A stretch of 63,921 nucleotides of DNA, counting the filler, from an uncultured virus (IMG/VR IMGVR_UViG_2049941000_000289) (Duplodnaviria; Heunggongvirae; Uroviricota; Caudoviricetes). It is 14 parts of one record of this genome, joined end to end, with 100 filler letters (N's around TTAATTAATTAA, not from the genome) between each part and the next. Parts side by side here need not be neighbours in the genome. Positions count along the whole stretch, not along the records: positions 55,106 to 57,576 come from IMGVR_UViG_2049941000_000289; positions 57,677 to 59,784 come from IMGVR_UViG_2049941000_000289; positions 59,885 to 61,334 come from IMGVR_UViG_2049941000_000289; positions 61,435 to 62,596 come from IMGVR_UViG_2049941000_000289; positions 62,697 to 63,921 come from IMGVR_UViG_2049941000_000289; 9 more parts are not named here. One strand, 5' to 3'. The position numbers and the translations under genes were made by a program. Of the stretch, positions 57,107 to 63,921 are shown one piece after another. The number at the start of each line of letters is the position of its first letter. Position 1 is the stretch's first letter. The notes under the pieces are model-generated. The model searched no databases and was not told the origin of the DNA. It was given only the letters and a program-made list of their open reading frames with translations.

Positions 57107-57576
57107 GTTTGTTAAAAATGGACAGATCCGGGAGCCCATCAGATTTCATGCTGGCCTCAATGTTGTTTTGGGAGATGATAATGGCTCTAACTCGATAGGC
57201 AAATCAACTTTCTTGATGATCCTTGATTTCGTATTTGGAGGTTCGGACTACGTTAAGAAATGTACTGATGTACAGGAGAACGTGAAGACCCATACTATTA
57301 ATTTTGCTTTTGAGTTTGACGGCCAGAAATACTACTTCTCCAGAAACACCACGGAATATAACAAAGTTATTCCATGTGACGCTGATTACAAGCCACTTGA
57401 GGATCACGCGCCTATTACGGTTCAGCAGTATTGGGAGTTCCTCTGCGAACGTTATGGCTTAACGGCAGAGGGAATTACGTGGCGTTCAGCAGTAGGTAGA
57501 TTTATCAGAGTATACAAGAGAGACACCTTGGATGAAGAGCGTCCTCTTCGTTCTTCAAAGGATGAAAAAACTGCAG
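57081..57576 (+). CDS. DUF2326/LmuB-like ABC/SMC ATPase N-terminus
   Basis: FHAGLNVVLG..NSIGKSTFLMILDFVFGG Walker A. Confidence 0.85.
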
Positions 57577-57676
57577 NNNNNNNNNNNNNNNNNNNNNNNN
57601 NNNNNNNNNNNNNNNNNNNNTTAATTAATTAANNNNNNNNNNNNNNNNNNNNNNNNNNNNNNNNNNNNNNNNNNNN

Positions 57677-58015
57677 AAACAATATCTTATGCCTGCGATA
57701 CGAAGAAGAGGCTGGTCAGATGAGTACTATTTAGACCGTACGTCAAAGATCACTATTACGTCGATTAAGGATAAAACGGGGCTATGTATTCAGACAGGCA
57801 ATATGGCCAGAATGTATGCGGATCTTCTTAAGCTACAAGCTCTTTACTCTCGCGGCACAATAAATGGTGGAATTCTCATTCTCGCACTATCTTCCTGCGG
57901 AAGGGTCTTTGGTGGCAATGTTGCTTCATATGAACGGGTAATACGAGAGTTGGGAATTTTCGATAAGGTAATCACTATGCCTTTGTTAATAATCGGTTTC
58001 GATAGCGAAGTATAA
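57677..58015 (+). CDS. BglII/BstYI-like PD-(D/E)XK endonuclease, C-terminal part
   Basis: IQTGNMARMYADLLKL...GILI...N.ASYE...P.LIIG pattern. Confidence 0.6.
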   Translation, partial: KQYLMPAIRRRGWSDEYYLDRTSKITITSIKDKTGLCIQTGNMARMYADLLKLQALYSRGTINGGILILALSSCGRVFGGNVASYERVIRELGIFDKVITMPLLIIGFDSEV

Positions 58016-58031
58016 AGGGGGGGACACAATC

Positions 58032-59335
58032 ATGGAACTTCAGGAATTAGAACAATTCGGTGCAAATANNNNNNNNNNNNNNNNNNNNNNNNNNNNNNNN
58101 NNNNNNNNNNNNNNNNNNNNNNNNNNNNNNNNNNNNNNNNNNNNNNNNNNNNNNNNNNNNNNNNNNNNNNNNNNNNNNNNNNNNNNNNNNNNNNNNNNNN
58201 NNNNNNNNNNNNNNNNNNNNNNNNNNNNNNNNNNNNNNNNNNNNNATCAATTGGAGTACCTCGCCCTTCATCCCGAGCTGCCCGAGGATTTTTTCCGCAG
58301 GGATAATGACGCTATTACAGCTCAGAAAGCACAGCACGAGGTTCTGGGAGAGCTGGTTGATGAAGAAAACCTTCTCAAGTCATTCAAAGAAGAAGAACAA
58401 CAGGTTCAGCCATTAATTTGCACAAATACGGGTGTCGTTGTTAATGGCAATCGTCGCTTATGCGCTTGGAGAACGCTTTACTTANNNNNNNNNNNNNNNN
58501 NNNNNNNNNNNNNNNNNNNNNNNNNNNNNNNNNNNNNNNNNNNNNNNNNNNNNNNNNNNNNNNNNNNNNNNNNNNNNNNNNNNNNNNNNNNNNNNNNNNN
58601 NNNNNNNNNNNNNNNNNNNNNNNNNNNNNNNNNNNNNNNNNNNNNNNNNNNNNNNNNNNNNNNNNNNNNNNNNNNNNNNNNNNNNNNNNNNNNNNNNNNN
58701 NNNNNNNNNNNNNNNNNNNNNNNNNNNNNNNNNNNNNNNNNNNNNNNNNNNNNNNNNNNNNNNNNNNNNNNNNNNNNNNNNNNNNNNNNNNNNNNNNNNN
58801 NNNNNNNNNNNNNNNNNNNNNNNNNNNNNNNNNNNNNNNNNNNNNNNNNNNNNNNNNNNNNNNNNNNNNNNNNNNNNNNNNNNNNNNNNNNNNNNNNNNN
58901 NNNNNNNNNNNNNNNNNNNNNNNNNNNNNNNNNNNNNNNNNNNNNNNNNNNNNNNNNNNNNNNNNNNNNNNNNNNNNNNNNNNNNNNNNNNCTACACCTG
59001 AAGATAGCAGCTCAATTGATTGGCTGGCCGGAGAACATGTCGAAGAAGACGTTGGCAGTAAAGTCGCTGATGTCATCCGCGAAGCTGATACGGAAGGCAA
59101 GGCGAAAATAGTTAAGCAAGTGCATGTTGTAATAGATAGCGAGAAGGCTGTAAAAAGCGAGATGGAAGCTGCAACCTATCTGATCAAACAAGTTGCAAAA
59201 GCATCAAGTCTTCTTAAAGCAGCAGCAGATCAAGGCTTAAACCCTGGAGCTGAAACTGATGGTGTTCAGGAACAGCTGGAATCAATAAAACAATCTGTTA
59301 GCGAGATTGAAAACTGGTTAAGGAATGAACAATGA
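58032..59335 (+). CDS. ParB/Srx-like domain protein with coiled-coil C-terminus (heavily gapped)
   Basis: QVQPLICTNTGVVVNGNRRLCAWR. Confidence 0.65.
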
Positions 59336-59594
59336 ACTGGAATATTGACTACGATGTGGTAAGAAACGCTGCAGTAATATCCGTCGATTCACAAAACGAT
59401 CTTCTGTGGCATTCCTTCGTGAGGACCATGTCCAGCTATTCAACTTCATTACAGCAGCAAGGGAACCGCGTCTTTATTCCACTAAGGACGTTCCTTTCGT
59501 TGCGTAGAAACATAGCTCAGTTTATAACAAATCATCATGACGTGATAGCTGTTTCTTTTTCTTCCGCTATCAATGAGAAACTGGCAAGAATTAA
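59332..59594 (+). CDS. N-terminus of an unknown protein coupled to the ParB-like gene
   Basis: ATGA overlap; open until the gap. Confidence 0.6.
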
Positions 59595-59604
59595 NNNNNN
59601 NNNN

Positions 59605-59784
59605 ACTTGTCAAATATGGAAGTCGCTCCGGTTCCATTTGCTGTTCATGACTCTGTGTTGTTGAAGAATATAGAACGGCCAGTATTCTCGGAAATCATGC
59701 GGGTATATGCTGCAATGGAAGCAAAAGGCAAACAGGTTTTTCTTGCATATGACACGCTCGATTCCTACGGGGATGAGACAAGAA
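59605..59784 (+). CDS. DUF2326/LmuB-like ATPase C-terminal fragment
   Basis: PFAVHDSVLLKNIE Walker B; KQVFLAYD. Confidence 0.7.
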
Positions 59785-59921
59785 NNNNNNNNNNNNNNNN
59801 NNNNNNNNNNNNNNNNNNNNNNNNNNNNTTAATTAATTAANNNNNNNNNNNNNNNNNNNNNNNNNNNNNNNNNNNNNNNNNNNNATAGAGTTGTAAACAT
59901 TACTTTTCTGGAGAGATTTTA

Positions 59922-60107
59922 GTGGAAGTAAAAACAGAAAACCAAGATTGGGCCTCTCTAACATACGGCGAAAAGAATAAACTACTCTTTCACCGACAAA
60001 AGAAAACACTCGATATGTTTCTGGAACGCGGTGCAATATCAAAAGAACAATACGATAAGAGCCTACATGACCTGATTGAGAAAACAGGCATGAAAATAGA
60101 GACATGA
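59922..60107 (+). CDS. Small SHOCT-like hypothetical protein
   Basis: LDMFLERGAISKEQYDKS. Confidence 0.55.
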   Translation: MEVKTENQDWASLTYGEKNKLLFHRQKKTLDMFLERGAISKEQYDKSLHDLIEKTGMKIET

Positions 60108-60111
60108 ACCT

Positions 60112-60339
60112 ATGAAATCTTCATTTAATCCCGGCGATCGCGCATACATCGTTGAGAGCAACCTGTACCTCCGAGAAGTGGAGGTTATCAAGGTTGCTGG
60201 TGGGTTCTGCACTATCCGGTTCGTGGATCGTGGCGGCGGGATCAAGGTTCGGGAGAGTAGGTTATATCCATCCAGAGAGGCTGCAGAGGCAAGTCTCCCG
60301 AAGAAGGAAATGCCGAAGAAGTCGCACCGGGAGTTCTAA
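60112..60339 (+). CDS. Small SH3/KOW-like hypothetical protein
   Basis: FNPGDRAYIVES...GIKVRESRLYPSREAAE. Confidence 0.6.
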   Translation: MKSSFNPGDRAYIVESNLYLREVEVIKVAGGFCTIRFVDRGGGIKVRESRLYPSREAAEASLPKKEMPKKSHREF

Positions 60340-60357
60340 GGAAAGGCGGATGCTCGG

Positions 60358-60865
60358 ATGATTAACGCAAAAGAAGTCCTGCAGGCTCAGCTTGCACGAG
60401 GCCTCGGCCTTGATCGTTATGCTGATATTATGCGTGGTGATCCGGCTTCTCCTGATTTCCAGCGTGCTTTCAATGGGTATTACCGCATCAGACGTAATGA
60501 AGAGTGGCGACGGTACTACTACGATCTGTTCGCCAAGGCAAAGACAGAGCATTATTCCTTTGAGCAGATCATCACGGAACTGTATAGGATTACCGGGAAT
60601 GTAGAGGCGTCGTTCAGTTCCAAGATGCTGGCAACAATCGATGCGTCTAAACCAATATGGGACCAGTACGTTCTTCAGAATCTTGGCCTTGAGCTGATGG
60701 GAAAAACACAGGAAGAGAAGCTGCAGAATGCTGTGGCCTTGTATGCCCAGATCGTGAACTGGTACGCCGATTATCTGACCACCGGCGAGGCCCGAGAAAA
60801 CATCATGGAATTTGACCGGCCGCTTCCGGAATATGCATGGGTCAGCGACACAAAGAAAATCGATT
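60358..60865 (+). CDS. Hypothetical protein, paralog of 1314-1782
   Basis: FNGYYRIRR; TGNVEASFSSKMLATIDASKPIWDQYVL. Confidence 0.75.
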
Positions 60866-60875
60866 NNNNNNNNNN

Positions 60876-61315
60876 ACATTCTGATTTGTAAACCGATCTG
60901 GGCTCGAAAGATTCCGTTTGGTCGAAACGTTGCTTTTCAAATAATGTCTGATGAAGAACAAATATGTTTTAAGAAGGCAGGGTTGATGAACAACCCGGTT
61001 ACTCGAGACGAAGTTGATTGGTGGGATGATCTTGCAAAGAAAATTCGCCAAGAGATTGAGCACCAGAATGATGACACTGGTCGCAGAGGGGAAGAACTGA
61101 CGATCAGATATGAAAAGGAACGGACTAAAGCTGAACCGATTTGGGAATCCGTCAATTCAAATTTCGCAGGATATGACATCCTGTCACAAGTTAGCGATTC
61201 CGATACACACCAAGTCTTAATTGAGGTTAAGTCATCAACACAAAGCATGAATAGTGCTACGTTCTTTATTTCACATAATGAATGGAGCATCGCATCAGCA
61301 GGTTGTAACCCTTAA
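60876..61315 (+). CDS. DUF3883 (NO VEIN C-terminal-like) nuclease domain fragment
   Basis: GRRGEE...AGYDILS...LIEVKSS...FFISHNEW. Confidence 0.8.
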
Positions 61316-61434
61316 AAGATAACGGCAGCATTTGNNNNNNNNNNNNNNNNNNNNNNNNNNNNNNNNNNNNNNNNNNNNTTAATTAATTAANNNNNNNNNN
61401 NNNNNNNNNNNNNNNNNNNNNNNNNNNNNNNNNN

Positions 61435-62445
61435 CTTCCACATCGCGGTTGTAGTTGACGGTCATAACGCCGTACGCCTCAAGATGGAACGGATCGATCA
61501 TGTTCACATCATCCAGATCGGTAGTAGCAGCTTCATACGCAAGATTGACGGGATGCGACAGCGGGAGGTTCCAGATCGGGAAGGTCTCGAATTTTGCGTA
61601 TCCGGCTCGAACACCGCGGCGGTATTCCTGATAGACCTGTGAGAGGCAGACGGCAAGCTTTCCGCTTNNNNNNNNNNAGATGGAAAGCGCGTAAAGAAAC
61701 TCATCGCTGTGCAGACGGGGATTTTCGCTTCCGAAATGATTGATCTTCAGATCACGGATTGGCTTTAGAATGATCGGAGCGATCAGATCGATCTCATCCG
61801 GGATTTCAGCAAGTGCTTTCAAGGCGTTTGCAAGCGCCCCGGCGGCAGCGCCGACCATGCTTCCCGTTTTACCGNNNNNNNNNNTTCAGCTTTATAAACC
61901 TGATCCTTGTGCAGCAATCCGCGTTTGTAAGCACACGCCGCGTTGAAATAACGGCGTATGATTTCCTGTTTGGCGGCTTCACGGACCACTTCATCATCGG
62001 TGATGCAGAATCCGGCCATATTGACGCCCATGTCTGTGGGNNNNNNNNNNNNNNNNNNNNNNNNNNNNNNNNNNNNNNNNNNNNNNNNNNNNNNNNNNNN
62101 NNNNNNNNNNNNNNNNNNNNNNNNNNNNNNNNNNNNNNNNNNNNNNNNNNNNNNNNNNNNNNNNNNNNNNNNNNNNNNNNNNNNNNNNNNNNNNNGCATC
62201 TTATTTCGATCTATATCTCCGGCATGGATCGCGATAATGATCTCTGCGGAATCTTTAAGCTGAAGCAGCATATTGATCTTGGTGTCCGGAAGAAATCCCG
62301 GCAACACGCGGGACGCATGATAATCGTCGAAAAGCTTGCCGCCGAACTCCAGATACAGCTTATCTCCGAACTGATCGATTCGTTCGAGAATCCGCTTTGA
62401 TTGCATTTCGATGTATTTCTGATTATCAAAACCGATTTTTGCCAT
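61435..62445 (-). CDS. DUF1846 (UPF0371) protein, scrambled fragments
   Basis: [47 protein letters not shown]. Confidence 0.9.
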
Positions 62446-62695
62446 AGTATCCCCCTCATGAATAAAGCAATAAGAATCATTTTCTATATTGACCAGTCAG
62501 TAACTCTCAGTTTGGCTGACAGTATTCGAAAAACACTTTCATCGATGCGGGCTTCCGTAAGGACACCGTTTTCCGGATGCTCGGATGATTAACGCANNNN
62601 NNNNNNNNNNNNNNNNNNNNNNNNNNNNNNNNNNNNNNNNTTAATTAATTAANNNNNNNNNNNNNNNNNNNNNNNNNNNNNNNNNNNNNNNNNNN

Positions 62696-63144
62696 NGAAT
62701 TATAAGACCGTTGCCCCAAATGTGATGATCGTTTTCAACTTCGATTCGTCCGGAGAACTGAAAAAACAGATAGCTGCCGGCGCGGAGTGCGATCTGTTCA
62801 TCTCAGCAGCGCCAAAGCAGATGAATCAGCTAGATAAAGAAGCTTCCGCCGAGAATAATCCGGACGGGCTGGATTTTGTCCTGCAGGGAACGCGGGTCAA
62901 TCTTCTTGAGAATAAAGTAGCGTTGGTCGTTCCGGAAGGCAACCCGAAGAACGTAACTTCGTTTGATGATCTGATCGATCGTCTCCAGAAAGGAGAACTG
63001 TTCCTTGCAATCGGCAACAGCGATGTTCCGGTCGGACAGTACACGCAGAAGATTTTCGCATTCTACAACCTGGACGAAAAATCCGTCGAACAGAATCTGA
63101 CCTATGGCGGAAACGTTAAGGAAGTTACTTCCCATGTTTCGGAG
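62696..63144 (+). CDS. modA: Molybdate ABC transporter substrate-binding protein (fragment)
   Basis: FDSSGELKKQIAAGAECDLFISA; VPVGQY; NVKEV. Confidence 0.88.
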
Positions 63145-63154
63145 NNNNNNNNNN

Positions 63155-63376
63155 GCTGTAGTTATTTTTCCGCTGATGTACCGCACGGCACGGGGCGCTT
63201 TTGAGTCGTTTGACGAGACACTTGCAAGTGCCGCCAGAACACTGGGCAAGTCGAATACCTATGTGTTCTGGCGGATTCGGATGCCGAATTGCAGACAGGG
63301 GATTCTTGCCGGAACCGTTCTGGCATTTGCGCGGGCGTTGGGCGAATACGGCGCCACGAACATGATCGCGGGCTAT
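63155..63376 (+). CDS. modB: Molybdate ABC transporter permease (fragment)
   Basis: FPLMYRTARGAFE...LAFARALGEYGAT. Confidence 0.88.
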
Positions 63377-63426
63377 NNNNNNNNNNTTTTCTAGCGTGAA
63401 AGCCTTTAACGGGAACGCGAAACACC

Positions 63427-63456
63427 TTGACATTGTTTCCTGCACAATACTATAAT
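63427..63456 (+). promoter_or_regulatory. sigmaA promoter of tyrS
   Basis: TTGACA-18 bp-TATAAT. Confidence 0.75.
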
Positions 63457-63534
63457 AACCGGGAATCTGGTCATGGATGCGCCTGAACAGCGCGCGATCA
63501 TACCAGCTGCTATGAATTTCGGAGGGAGAACACC

Positions 63535-63921
63535 ATGCAGATATATGAGGAACTGCAGGCGCGCGGGCTGATTGCGCAGGTCACGGATGAACCAAAGATC
63601 CGTGAACTGGTCAACAGCGGGAACGCCAAATTCTATATTGGATTTGATTGCACGGCGGACAGTCTGACGGCAGGTCACTTTATGGCGCTGACGCTCATGA
63701 AGCGCCTTCAGATGGCGGGAAACAAGCCCGTCGCACTGATCGGCGGCGGAACGACCCTGATCGGAGATCCTTCCGGCCGTACGGACATGCGCAGGATGCT
63801 GACGAAGGAGGATATCGATCATAACGCCCAATGCTTCAAACGCCAGATGGAGCGATTCATCGAATTCGGAGAGGGAAAGGCGGAGATGGTCAATAATGCG
63901 GATTGGCTGCTCAAACTCAAT
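63535..63921 (+). CDS. tyrS: Tyrosine--tRNA ligase N-terminus (runs off the window; not in the ORF track)
   Basis: MQIYEELQARGLIAQ...YIGFDCTADSLTAGH...GGGTTLIGDPSGR...NNADW. Confidence 0.93.
   Translation, partial: MQIYEELQARGLIAQVTDEPKIRELVNSGNAKFYIGFDCTADSLTAGHFMALTLMKRLQMAGNKPVALIGGGTTLIGDPSGRTDMRRMLTKEDIDHNAQCFKRQMERFIEFGEGKAEMVNNADWLLKLN

Noticed and set aside
61435..63921. modAB, tyrS and DUF1846 as phage auxiliary genes or the integration site
   Set aside because: They are on separate scaffolds with no sequence link to the prophage fragments

Overview
This window is not one continuous locus. It is a concatenation of 14 scaffolds joined by an artificial N-TTAATTAATTAA-N linker, and most scaffolds are mosaics of short contigs separated by 10-N or longer gaps, often out of order. 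Most of it (about 1-55.6 kb) comes from closely related temperate siphoviruses/prophages of the Clostridiales type. There are at least two lineages with distinct capsid, protease and tape-measure genes, and each is present as 2-3 co-assembled alleles. Recognisable modules: replication (DUF2800 nuclease, DUF2815 SSB, PolA, P4-type primase/helicase, SNF2); P27 TerS - short MetK - ParB/DNA methylase - variable small-gene cassettes - TerL; HK97-type head; phi13-type tail with a conserved -1 frameshifted tail chaperone; holin and a dual-catalytic endolysin; and a sigma-like Zn protein, a SHOCT-like peptide and two tandem large serine recombinases. Accessory DNA includes a Lamassu/ABC-three-component operon whose first gene has an apparently inactive HNH and sits where a repressor would be, a BglII-like nuclease/ParB-like/unknown cluster, a DUF3883 nuclease and two HhH-like paralogs. 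The last ~2.5 kb are host genes (DUF1846, modA/modB, tyrS). Best leads: the atypical Lamassu at the prophage control position, a 41-bp promoter-like box shared by the recombinase and the accessory cassettes, a strongly structured ~270-nt early leader RNA, and the BglII-ParB cluster. All family names come from motif recognition, not database searches.
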